Below are positions 47,906-56,551 of a DNA stretch of 64,000 nt, piece by piece (positions within the stretch are counted from its first letter, which is position 1; every line of letters begins with the position of its first letter). The stretch covers positions 83,734 to 147,733 of the forward strand of contig JBGSRW010000006.1 of assembly GCA_041737355.1 (NCBI GenBank), read 5' to 3'. The position numbers were made by a program, and so were the translations under genes. A model generated the notes under the pieces. It was given only the letters and a program-made list of their open reading frames with translations. It did not search any database and had not been told where the DNA came from. This stretch comes from Patescibacteria group bacterium (GTDB taxonomy: Bacteria; Patescibacteriota; Patescibacteriia; XYB2-FULL-38-15).

Positions 47906-50338
47906 TTATCCAGCCACGGGCAGCTCAAACCAGAACGTGCTTCCCTTACCCTCTTCCGAGGTGAGGCCTATTTTGCCGCCGTGAGTCTCGATGATACTCT
48001 TAGACAGGTACAGGCCAAGGCCGACTCCGTTAGGCTTCATGGCCACGGCGTTCGAGCCGCGAGAGAAGCGACTAAAAATATGCGCCTGCTCGGCCTTCGG
48101 TACGCCGACGCCGTTATCACTAACCTCATAGCGCACCCTGCCGTCGGTCTTGAATATCCTGGCGGTAATCCACCCACCCTCTTTAGTATATGCGATGGCA
48201 TTATCGAGCAGACGGACAATTACTTCTCTGATGCGGGCTACGTCAATGTTCACCATTGTCCTTTGGTCACCGGGGAAATCATGGTTATGTTTCAGTTTCT
48301 TGATTTTGTAGCGCGGTTCGAGCGACAAGCAGGCGGAGCGGGCAATATCCTCAAAAACGGCCGGCCCTTTTTCCAATCGCATTTGGCCCTCTTCAATATC
48401 CATGGCCGTGAGTAAGTCGTCGATGCTTGTCACAACCTCGATATTCGCCTCATAAGCCATCCGAAGCATGTCTTGTTGCGCCTTTGTCAGTTTGCCAACC
48501 TTCTTACCCAACAACTCGTCTATGCTCCAACGAATCGCGCTCAAAGGCGTTCTTAATTGATGAGAAACGGTTTGGATAAACTTATTTTTGAGTACGTCCA
48601 GAGCCCGGACTTGTTCCTCGGCCTTTTGACGCCGAGAAATGTCACGAAAAACCCCGAGGAGATATTGCTTGCCGGCTGACATGAATTGCGCGGCATTGAC
48701 CTCCACAGGGACCCTCGATCCGTTCTTGGATAATACTTCCGTATTGAAGATGCCGATCTCTTTTTTAACCTGACTTTCGAAGCCCCTCATAGTATCTTCA
48801 ACACGGTCTTTCGGATGCAGCTCGTCGGCGGTCATTGTGAGAATCTTTTCCTTGGAAAATCCGATCAATTTAACGGCATTTCTGTTGCAATCGACCAATT
48901 TGCGCGTTTCAGAGTCGGCGACGAACACCGCGTCGGGAACATTCTCAAACAATTGTTCAAACCTTACCAATGCCTCTATTTTCTTCTCTTTCTGCTCTTC
49001 AACCAGCGCCTCATTCCTCCTGAGTTCGGTAATATTGCGCAGAGACGCGAGAAGGACCTTTCTGCCTCCCCAGTCCAAGGGAGTAAACATAACCGTGGTG
49101 AAGATGTCCGAACCGTCAACATGCCGGCACGTCCAATCAAAGTACGCCCCGCCCTCTCTTCGGACTTTAGCCACAAACTCTTTCAGGGCCTTCTCTGATG
49201 GCCGGCCGTCCAGTTGGATCGGGGCGGAAAAATCGAGGGGGTTCTTGCCGATAAGGTCTTCTTTTTTAGGATAACCAATCCTCCTCCATGCGGCGCCGTT
49301 GCTTTCAAGGATTTGCAGACTCGACGCGTCAAGTATCACTATGGAATCGTTCGATCCCTCAAAAAGAGACTTAAAATTCTCCTTTTCTTTTTCCAGATCA
49401 GCGGTCCTGACTTTGACGAGCGAATCAAGCCGTCGCCGGATGCCTCGCAAAACAAGGATATAGATTAAAACGACCGCGAAAAAGATAAATGATCCAGAAA
49501 TGAGATATCTCAACCAGCTCGGGAAAACCTCAACTCGCTCAACCAGACCGCCGAGGTGCCGCACAATAGCATTGTGATAAGCGCTGTTGCTGTCGTTTTT
49601 CATCTGCCGTAAATCGGCGTCGATGCGGCCGATCAAAATATCGTTCTTCTGGGCGCCCTTCGTAAACGCAAACCTGAGCTCCGCGGGATCAAAAATTATA
49701 TTCGAACGCTTGACGGCGTAATTCTTTTCGCTCGAAATACCGAACACCATGTTGACAACGCCGATATCCGCCTCCTTCTTATCCAATAGATCGAACACCT
49801 CGGCATATTCCTTGACACCAATAATCTCCGCCTTTATGCCAAAGGTGTCGATCAGGTTCTTGACCCCCAAGGGACCGTTGTAATGAATCCCGCTCTTCAG
49901 TATGGCGATACGCTTTCCCTCCAAGTCCGTCATGGACGCGATACTGATACCTTGCCGGGTATAGACCATCCCCCAATTAACCAATACCGTTTCTGAGTTG
50001 AAGTCGTATTTTTGCTTGCGCTCGTCGGACAAGGCAACGTCGGGCATGATATCTATCTCGTTCGCTTCAAGCCGCTTCAACCCCTCGTCCCAGGTACCTT
50101 GAACATATTCTAGTTTCCATCCTTCCGTGGCGGCAATCGCGTTCAAAATATCCGGAAAAAGTCCCTGGGCCACGCCGTTTCCGTCCATCCAAATTTTGGG
50201 GCTGTTGTCATAGGAGCCGACCCGTATCGTCAACTGTTCCCTGACTACCTGCGCGAACATTTTTGACGGCATAAAAAATCCTCCCAACAATAAAAGGAGG
50301 AACAATAAAATCCCGCTCTTTCTAAACAAATTAGACAT
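47906..50338 (-). CDS. Sensor histidine kinase with periplasmic solute-binding (SBP_bac_3-like) domain, PAS domains, HisKA and HATPase_c
   Basis: 810 aa with a signal/TM, an SBP-like domain (TIRVGSYDNSPKIWMDGNGVAQGLFPDILNAIAATEGWKLEYVQGTWDE), a TM, at least 2 PAS-like segments, the H-box VSHQLRTPL and G-boxes GVGLGLYLSKSIIETHGGKIGLTSEEGKGSTFWFELP; no adjacent response regulator. Confidence 0.85.
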   Translation of the reverse strand: MSNLFRKSGILLFLLLLLGGFFMPSKMFAQVVREQLTIRVGSYDNSPKIWMDGNGVAQGLFPDILNAIAATEGWKLEYVQGTWDEGLKRLEANEIDIMPDVALSDERKQKYDFNSETVLVNWGMVYTRQGISIASMTDLEGKRIAILKSGIHYNGPLGVKNLIDTFGIKAEIIGVKEYAEVFDLLDKKEADIGVVNMVFGISSEKNYAVKRSNIIFDPAELRFAFTKGAQKNDILIGRIDADLRQMKNDSNSAYHNAIVRHLGGLVERVEVFPSWLRYLISGSFIFFAVVLIYILVLRGIRRRLDSLVKVRTADLEKEKENFKSLFEGSNDSIVILDASSLQILESNGAAWRRIGYPKKEDLIGKNPLDFSAPIQLDGRPSEKALKEFVAKVRREGGAYFDWTCRHVDGSDIFTTVMFTPLDWGGRKVLLASLRNITELRRNEALVEEQKEKKIEALVRFEQLFENVPDAVFVADSETRKLVDCNRNAVKLIGFSKEKILTMTADELHPKDRVEDTMRGFESQVKKEIGIFNTEVLSKNGSRVPVEVNAAQFMSAGKQYLLGVFRDISRRQKAEEQVRALDVLKNKFIQTVSHQLRTPLSAIRWSIDELLGKKVGKLTKAQQDMLRMAYEANIEVVTSIDDLLTAMDIEEGQMRLEKGPAVFEDIARSACLSLEPRYKIKKLKHNHDFPGDQRTMVNIDVARIREVIVRLLDNAIAYTKEGGWITARIFKTDGRVRYEVSDNGVGVPKAEQAHIFSRFSRGSNAVAMKPNGVGLGLYLSKSIIETHGGKIGLTSEEGKGSTFWFELPVAG

Positions 50339-50426
50339 ATTACAATCTATTTTTTATTACAATAATTATATCATATTTCCTAATTTTATTTAAATAGGGT
50401 TATGCCATAACTCACAAGCCGACTCA

Positions 50427-50464
50427 TAAAAAATACCCCGCTTTTCCAGCGGGGTATTTTTTGT
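50427..50464. terminator. Bidirectional rho-independent terminator
   Basis: AAAAAATACCCCGC-ttttccag-GCGGGGTATTTTTTG. Confidence 0.7.
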
Positions 50465-50478
50465 TCTTCAAAAATATT

Positions 50479-51258
50479 TTATTGCTGCTCTTTATCTTTG
50501 TCTTTTCTCCCCAATCTTTCAAAAGCTCTTAAGACTTCGAGCGGGATGGCAAAAACAATCGTGTTGGACTGGTCTGAACTGACATCGTTAATCGTACTCA
50601 AGGTGCGCAGATGAAGAGCGCCGTCAGAAGAAGACAAAGTATTCGCGGCCTTGGCTAAATTTTCCGCGGCAATAACTTCGCCTTCCGCCTTGATAATGAC
50701 TGATCTCTTTTCCCGTTCTGCCTCAGCCTGCTTGCCGATTACGCGCTTCATCTCTTCCGGTAAAGTTACGTCCTTCAACTCAACTGAACTGACTTCAATC
50801 CCCCAAGGGTCGGACGCCTTGTCAACGATTGCCCTGATTTTATTGGCGACCGCTTCGCGGCTGGAAAGAAGTTCATCCAGATTGACTTCGCCGACCGCGT
50901 TTCTCATGGTTGTCTGGGCAAGCTGAGAAACGGCATAATAAAAATTTTCTACTTCAATAATCACCTTGTCCGCTTCCCTGACTTTGTAATAAATCACCGC
51001 ATTTACTTTGACGGAAATGTTGTCTTTGGTAATCGCTTCCTGGTCGGGAACATCAACCGCCTTGATTCTCATATCGACTTTTTTGGCGGTTTGGAAAATC
51101 GGGATAACCAAACGCCAGCCCGGCATCATGATTTTGGTAAAACGTCCCATCGTGAACTTTACCCCCCGCTGGTATTGATTGATCTGGCGGATTGAGGCCA
51201 AAACAAGGGCCACGATGATGGACGCAACGGTAATAAGCGTGTTTACGTAAACTTCCAT
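50479..51258 (-). CDS. SPFH/band-7 (stomatin/prohibitin-like) membrane protein
   Basis: 259 aa with an N-terminal TM (LITVASIIVALVLASI), then QYQRGVKFTMGRF and an SPFH core with a coiled-coil C-terminus. Confidence 0.85.
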   Translation of the reverse strand: MEVYVNTLITVASIIVALVLASIRQINQYQRGVKFTMGRFTKIMMPGWRLVIPIFQTAKKVDMRIKAVDVPDQEAITKDNISVKVNAVIYYKVREADKVIIEVENFYYAVSQLAQTTMRNAVGEVNLDELLSSREAVANKIRAIVDKASDPWGIEVSSVELKDVTLPEEMKRVIGKQAEAEREKRSVIIKAEGEVIAAENLAKAANTLSSSDGALHLRTLSTINDVSSDQSNTIVFAIPLEVLRAFERLGRKDKDKEQQ

Positions 51259-51326
51259 AATTTTTTTGGTTAATGATTAGCAAAAGAATTGTAGCTTATT
51301 TATCCAAATAAATCAAGATAAAAAAG

Positions 51327-51360
51327 CCCCGGCAACGCGTGGCGCGGCCGGGACGGATTC
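51327..51360 (-). terminator. Candidate terminator downstream of the HD-domain gene
   Basis: Minus strand: GTCCCGGCCGCGCCACGCGTTGCCGGGGC followed by TTTTTTAT. Confidence 0.45.
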
Positions 51361-51367
51361 ATTCCTC

Positions 51368-52183
51368 CTACGCTTCGATCGCTTTCTTGATCTTCCTCGC
51401 GAACTCGCGCCGAACCGCCGCCGGATCGGAACTCCGGGAGGCCAGCTTACCAACAGCGCTCCGCAAGGCGCGGACCATGGCTTCGAGATCGGTTTCGGAG
51501 AGATGCCGGATCTTGCCTTCGGAAGCTTCCAGCGCCCAGGAATTGACCTTGAGCGTTCCCTCGATCCAGCTTTGAAGCTCGGCGTTGTAGATTTCTCCGA
51601 CCGAAGGGAATTCCCCGGCGTACTTCACGAGCGTCTCGTGGTGCCGGGCGAAAACCGAGATGAATTTCTCGTTACCGTGCCCGACGAACTCGAATAGGGC
51701 GTAAAGCACGTAATCGAGCTTTTCCATCGCGTCGAAAAATTTCGCCTCGACGCTTTCCGCCGGCAGGCAGTAGACCCGCCGCAGGAAGGATGCAAGGAAA
51801 CCGAGCCGGTCCATCTGGATCAGGGTTTCCTCGTGCTCGATCTGCTCGTAGACCTCCTCGATCCGCGGATCATGCTTGAAGACGTAGCGGATGTCACCGA
51901 TCGCCCCTTCCGAGAACTCGTGAATCACTGCGTGCGTCATGACCAAGAGCTCGTCGATCTTGTTCTTGCCGGCCTTCCGCTCAAGCTCAAGACAATAGGC
52001 CGCAAGCAGGGCAATGGAAAGCGAATGGTGTGCCGAGGTCTGCCGCTGGTGGCGGTTCGGGTAGCCCTCCCACCTTCCGCAGCGCAGCAGACGGTCGAAG
52101 ACGTCGAAGACGCCGCCGACGAACTTGGCCATCTCAAGACGCCTCTCCAGGGCGGGGTCTTTGTTCTTGCCGCAATCATCCAT
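51368..52183 (-). CDS. HD-superfamily phosphohydrolase, YfbR-like (5'-deoxynucleotidase-like); GC-rich
   Basis: 271 aa: YPNRHQRQTSAHHSLSIALLAAY and VMTHAVIHEFSEGAIGDI align with the YfbR His...HD motifs, but the usual HD reads HE here; GC-rich codon usage. Confidence 0.55.
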   Translation of the reverse strand: MDDCGKNKDPALERRLEMAKFVGGVFDVFDRLLRCGRWEGYPNRHQRQTSAHHSLSIALLAAYCLELERKAGKNKIDELLVMTHAVIHEFSEGAIGDIRYVFKHDPRIEEVYEQIEHEETLIQMDRLGFLASFLRRVYCLPAESVEAKFFDAMEKLDYVLYALFEFVGHGNEKFISVFARHHETLVKYAGEFPSVGEIYNAELQSWIEGTLKVNSWALEASEGKIRHLSETDLEAMVRALRSAVGKLASRSSDPAAVRREFARKIKKAIEA

Positions 52184-52286
52184 CTTTCTCCTCCCTTTCC
52201 TGGTTTTGTTTTTCCCAATATCTCTTTCGGGTTTGGATAAGTTTAGGAAATAAAGAAACTAATGTCAAACAAAGTCATCCACACCT

Positions 52287-52315
52287 TTGACATGGCTAAA
52301 AATCTTTGGTATATT
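52287..52315 (+). promoter_or_regulatory. Near-consensus sigma-70 promoter TTGACA-17 nt-TATATT
   Basis: TTGACA at 52287-92, a 17-nt spacer, TATATT at 52310-15. Confidence 0.45.
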
Positions 52316-52347
52316 TAAAATACTTTAATCACTAATCCAATAAAAAT

Positions 52348-52464
52348 ATGGGACAAAATAGCGCGGCGAAAGCCAGAACAAAACACGCTCTCAAAAATAC
52401 CAAAAAGGGCAAACAATTGCGCAAACACACCAAGAGATTAAAGCCTTGTACCTGCTGTTCTTAA
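52348..52464 (+). CDS. Candidate 38-aa highly basic small protein (MGQNSAAKARTKHALKNTKKGKQLRKHTKRLKPCTCCS)
   Basis: A small ORF between the strong promoter (52287-315) and a strong terminator (52481-509); no SD; ends in CTCC; below the ORF-track length cutoff. Confidence 0.25.
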   Translation: MGQNSAAKARTKHALKNTKKGKQLRKHTKRLKPCTCCS

Positions 52465-52480
52465 TAAAAAATAGCTCAAG

Positions 52481-52509
52481 AAAAAAAGAGGCCGCTTGGC
52501 CTCTTTTTG
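52481..52509 (+). terminator. Rho-independent terminator
   Basis: A7-AGAGGCC-gctt-GGCCTCT-TTTTT. Confidence 0.65.
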
Positions 52510-52605
52510 TTTCTGCTCTACTCCCAGGCACTTGACGGACGGCCTGATTTTATTTAAACTTAATTTTCGTTCTGATAAAATATAGGTGAGGAAGGGAGGA
52601 CCGGA

Positions 52606-53364
52606 ATGAAGACAAAAATGACGTACCTGGCCATTTTTGCCGTGCTTTGCGGCTGCCGCAACGAATTCATTGACCTGACTCGGGAGGAATACGGGGTCGT
52701 TACCCAAATCATGATCCGTCCCGACTTCCCCGAGGGAGACGGCTCAATCGCCGTCCCCAAGGGGGACCAATCAAACACGGCGAATTACAAACTGAGGGCG
52801 TACGTCTACAACCACGACGGCATGCCCTTGTACCGGCCGATCGATTGGCGGGTTTCCGACCCGGCCCTGGTCGAACTCATGCCGGAAACCGACGACCCTC
52901 CGACCCACGAAGCCAGAGCCGCCATCCGGACTCTCCAAGACGTCTTCGACGCGGAAGGCGAAACCGAACCGGAAGCCACGATCACGGCCTGCGTCACGAA
53001 CGACTGCGAAGGATACGGCGGAGAAGTCGTCTGCGAACCGGAAATTTGCAGCGCGCCGATTACCGTGAAAGGCGTCGTGAATGCCGAAGGGGCTTGGGAA
53101 CTCTCGGGCGCGACTTTCCCCTTCACGGTGGCAATCTACACCAGCCAGACCGGACGGACGCTCGACGCAATCTCGAGCTATTACGAGCCGGAAATCCACG
53201 GCAACCAGATCAATTTCTCGGCTGGCAGCACAAGCTACGTCGGCCACTTCACCGACCGGACGCGCGTCACGGGCGAAGCGATTGTCTCCCCGAGCGGCGA
53301 CAATCTCGGAACCTGGACAGCGGTAAAGTGTCCGGACACCGGCTGCACCGGCGCCGGGCCATAG
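52606..53364 (+). CDS. Predicted lipoprotein, GC-rich
   Basis: 252 aa with the lipobox FAVLCGC at residues 12-18 and RBS GGAAGGGAGG; many Cys in the mature part (CVTNDCEGYGGEVVCEPEICS, CPDTGCTG). The overlapping ORFs 52771..53400(-) and 52845..53441(+) are judged spurious GC-driven frames. Confidence 0.55.
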   Translation: MKTKMTYLAIFAVLCGCRNEFIDLTREEYGVVTQIMIRPDFPEGDGSIAVPKGDQSNTANYKLRAYVYNHDGMPLYRPIDWRVSDPALVELMPETDDPPTHEARAAIRTLQDVFDAEGETEPEATITACVTNDCEGYGGEVVCEPEICSAPITVKGVVNAEGAWELSGATFPFTVAIYTSQTGRTLDAISSYYEPEIHGNQINFSAGSTSYVGHFTDRTRVTGEAIVSPSGDNLGTWTAVKCPDTGCTGAGP

Positions 53365-53411
53365 CTGACTTCCATCGTGCCGGAACATCGGTTCCGGCAA
53401 CCCACATCACG

Positions 53412-53445
53412 CTTTGGTGTGGGTATTTTTTTATAAAATAAAAAA
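53412..53445 (+). terminator. Candidate terminator after the lipoprotein gene
   Basis: CCCACA-tcacgctttgg-TGTGGG followed by TATTTTTTT; preceded by an 8-bp perfect hairpin GCCGGAAC-atcg-GTTCCGGC (53378-97). Confidence 0.45.
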
Positions 53446-53479
53446 AGCCGGGCACGCAAGGTGTCCGGCGAACTGAAAA

Positions 53480-54343
53480 CTACAAAGGCTTCAAGCTGAC
53501 CACGGTGTTCTCACGCCGCGTCACGGCATCCTCCAGCCGTTTCTTGAAAGCCATCAACTCCCCGTTTTTCTCGAGAGCCGGATTTTTCTGGATGATCTGG
53601 CGAAACTCGTCGAGCATCGCCGCCAGTTCCTTATCTCGCCGCTCCATCAGGCGTACGAGCGACTGGTTGCTCGAACGTTCGGTCTGAAGCCTAGCCCTCA
53701 AATCTACTGGATCCAGGACGGGCGCCACGCCTTTCCGCAAAGGCGGCGGCGGAGCCGCGGCGGGACGCGGCGGAAATTTGGACAGCAGTTCTTTAGCTGC
53801 CAGTTCTTCCTGCGTCTCTCGCAGCGCCCGGCGCAGTTGGTTGGTAGTTGTATCAACCCGATCAATCTCCATCTTGGTACGCTTGAGCGCTTCCGAAGTC
53901 TGTTTGGCCACTCTGGCCTGAAGGCGCAAAAACCCTGTCAGGCTCCCTCGCCCCATGATGGAAATTAGCCCGTCTTCGTCGAGCCAGACAAGATTGGTCG
54001 GCTCAACGACTCTGGCGGCCTTTGTGTAGATGGGATGCTCTCTACGCAGAAGCAGCTCGTCTACGCCCAAGAGTTCCTGGGATATCGCCGTGGCAACCAC
54101 CTCGCCGGCAACGATAATTTCTACCTTGCCGAGAACGATATAGCAGCAACGATTGACTTCCTCGCCCTCCTGGAAAATCCAAGTCCCTGGCTGCTTTTCC
54201 ACGACAACGAGATGCTGATCGAGGAGCTTTATGAGATGCGGCCGGCCTTTGGTCAAATCTTCCAAAGTGTCGCGGCCGTCCTCGCTTCCCCCTCCGTTCT
54301 CCCCGGCACTTTCGCCGCAATCTTTGGTTTCCTCTCCCATCAC
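53480..54343 (-). CDS. Cyclic-nucleotide-binding (cNMP/CAP-like) domain protein with C-terminal coiled-coil and Pro-rich segment; GC-rich
   Basis: Trimmed to ATG at 54343 (MGEETKDCGES...) with RBS GAGGAGGG 6 nt upstream. The cNMP-binding beta-roll is WIFQEGEEVNRCCYIVLGKVEIIVAGEVVATAISQELLGVDELLL; then a long coiled-coil and PPRPAAAPPPPL. Confidence 0.6.
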   Translation of the reverse strand: MMGEETKDCGESAGENGGGSEDGRDTLEDLTKGRPHLIKLLDQHLVVVEKQPGTWIFQEGEEVNRCCYIVLGKVEIIVAGEVVATAISQELLGVDELLLRREHPIYTKAARVVEPTNLVWLDEDGLISIMGRGSLTGFLRLQARVAKQTSEALKRTKMEIDRVDTTTNQLRRALRETQEELAAKELLSKFPPRPAAAPPPPLRKGVAPVLDPVDLRARLQTERSSNQSLVRLMERRDKELAAMLDEFRQIIQKNPALEKNGELMAFKKRLEDAVTRRENTVVSLKPL

Positions 54344-54419
54344 CAACCCTCCTCGAAAAGACGATTTACTATTTTGTAGCAAAAAACCTTTTTTGTCAAG
54401 CGTCTTTATCTTACTACCG

Positions 54420-54448
54420 TTGACAAAAATAAAATTTTTTGTTATATT
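54420..54448 (+). promoter_or_regulatory. Sigma-70-like promoter upstream of uvrB
   Basis: TTGACA-17 nt-TATATT, about 85 nt before the uvrB ATG. Confidence 0.35.
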
Positions 54449-54534
54449 AACTCTACAATAAGTAACGGTCAAATCACCATTACTCTACATATCTGCCCCA
54501 CTCCCGCCTAAGCGGGACGGCTTTTGGGGGCTTT

Positions 54535-56547
54535 TTGGCATATATGGATAAATTTAAACTCAAGGCAAAATTCAAAACGGCCGGCGACCAGCCTAAAGCA
54601 GTGGCCGAGCTTGTTAATGGTTTGGAAAAAAATTATAAACACCAGACTCTTTTAGGCGTAACCGGTTCGGGCAAAACTTTTACCGTGGCAAATGTTATTG
54701 AAAAAATCAACAAACCGACTCTGGTGATCGCCCACAACAAAACTCTGGCTGCCCAGCTTTGCAACGAGTTCCGCGAATTTTTCCCGGACAATGCCGTGGA
54801 ATATTTTGTTTCCTATTATGATTATTACCAACCGGAAGCATATCTCCCTCGCACCGATACCTACATTGAAAAAGAAGCAATGATCAACGACGAGATCGAC
54901 CGCCTGCGCCATGCCGCGACACAGGCCCTCTTAACCCGCCGCGACGTGATTATTGTCGCCTCCGTTTCCTGCATCTACGGTTTGGGCGCGCCGGAAACCT
55001 ACGAAAAAATTGTTTTGCATCTGGCTAAAGGGCAAACCATCACCCGTTCGGATCTTTTAGAGCAACTTGTAACCATGCAATTTAACCGGACCAATTCCAG
55101 TCTGAAACGCGGCGAGTTCCGCTTACGCGGAGAAACTTTGGAAATAATGCCAGTGAGCCAAGAAACGATTTACCGGATCGAGATGGCAAACCAAAAAGTT
55201 AAAAAAATTATTGAACTTGATCCGGTGACAAGAAAAATTAAAAAAGAGATGAATGACGTCTGGGTTTACCCGGCCAAACATTTTGTCACTCTGGGTCCGG
55301 AACGGGAACGGGCTTTCAAATCAATCAAAGCCGAACTTAAAGACCGCCTGGAATATTTTAATAAAAACGGAAAACTGCTTGAAGCCGAGCGCTTGGAACG
55401 CCGAACCAATTATGATTTGGAAATGATAAAAGAAGTCGGCTACTGCCATGGGATTGAAAATTATTCGCGGCATCTTTCCGGCCGGGCCGCCGGCGAGCCG
55501 CCTGAAACCCTGCTCGATTATTTTGGAAAGGGCAAGGATTGGCTAATGGTGATAGACGAATCGCATGTTACCGTTCCGCAACTTTCCGGCATGTACGAAG
55601 GCGACGCCTCCCGAAAACGCGCGCTGATTGAATTTGGCTTCAGATTACCAAGCGCCGCCGACAACCGGCCGCTGAAATTCCCCGAGTTTGAAACGCGGAT
55701 GCCCCAGACAATTTATACCTCGGCCACTCCAAGCCAGTACGAGTTCGGTAAAAGCCAACAGGTTGTTGAGCAAATTATCCGCCCGACCGGCCTGATTGAT
55801 CCGGAAATTATCGTCCAACCGATTACCCCGAAAAATAAAAACGAAAAATCTCAGGTTGACGATCTGATGGAAAGAATTGACGATCGGGTGGAACGCGGCG
55901 AACGAGTGCTTGTCACAACTCTAACCAAAAAAATGGCTGAAGATCTGTCCGATTATCTTGAAGAAAAAAAATTCAAAGTTAAATATCTCCATAGCGAAGT
56001 GGAAACCCTGGACCGCATTAAAATTTTAACCGAGTTCAGGCAGGGAAAATTCGATATTTTGGTCGGTGTCAACCTCCTGCGCGAAGGATTGGATTTGCCC
56101 GAAGTGACGCTCGTCGCGATTTTGGACGCCGACAAAGAGGGATTTTTGCGCAGTGAAACGTCGCTCATACAAACAATTGGACGAGCAGCCCGCAACGTCC
56201 GCGGCCAGGTTGTTCTTTATGCCGACCAGATGACCGGCTCAATGGACCGGGCAATAAACGAAACTTTACGCCGGCGCAAATTACAAATTGAATATAATGA
56301 AAAACACGGCATTACTCCGAAAACAATCAAAAAAGCAATTAAGGATATTATCGGCCAATTGACTAAAAAACAAGATGCCAAGGAAAAAAGAATTTTGGAA
56401 CTGGATTTACTCGGAGAAAAAGGAAAAAGCACCGAAGAAATTATTGCTGAAAAAGAAAAAGAAATGAAAGCCGCGGCCAAGGATTTACAGTTCGAACTGG
56501 CCGCGCTTCTTCGCGACGAAATCCGGGAATTAAAAAATAAAAAATAA
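54535..56547 (+). CDS. uvrB: Excinuclease ABC subunit B
   Basis: 670 aa: [24 protein letters not shown], Walker [11 protein letters not shown], helicase motifs and a C-terminal UVR domain ([17 protein letters not shown]). Confidence 0.95.
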   Translation: MAYMDKFKLKAKFKTAGDQPKAVAELVNGLEKNYKHQTLLGVTGSGKTFTVANVIEKINKPTLVIAHNKTLAAQLCNEFREFFPDNAVEYFVSYYDYYQPEAYLPRTDTYIEKEAMINDEIDRLRHAATQALLTRRDVIIVASVSCIYGLGAPETYEKIVLHLAKGQTITRSDLLEQLVTMQFNRTNSSLKRGEFRLRGETLEIMPVSQETIYRIEMANQKVKKIIELDPVTRKIKKEMNDVWVYPAKHFVTLGPERERAFKSIKAELKDRLEYFNKNGKLLEAERLERRTNYDLEMIKEVGYCHGIENYSRHLSGRAAGEPPETLLDYFGKGKDWLMVIDESHVTVPQLSGMYEGDASRKRALIEFGFRLPSAADNRPLKFPEFETRMPQTIYTSATPSQYEFGKSQQVVEQIIRPTGLIDPEIIVQPITPKNKNEKSQVDDLMERIDDRVERGERVLVTTLTKKMAEDLSDYLEEKKFKVKYLHSEVETLDRIKILTEFRQGKFDILVGVNLLREGLDLPEVTLVAILDADKEGFLRSETSLIQTIGRAARNVRGQVVLYADQMTGSMDRAINETLRRRKLQIEYNEKHGITPKTIKKAIKDIIGQLTKKQDAKEKRILELDLLGEKGKSTEEIIAEKEKEMKAAAKDLQFELAALLRDEIRELKNKK

Positions 56548-56551
56548 AGAT

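Noticed and set aside
52771-53441. Overlapping 209-aa (-) and 198-aa (+) ORFs across the lipoprotein gene
   Set aside because: Arg/Gly/Pro-rich translations typical of wrong-frame GC-rich DNA. The lipoprotein frame has a lipobox and an SD.
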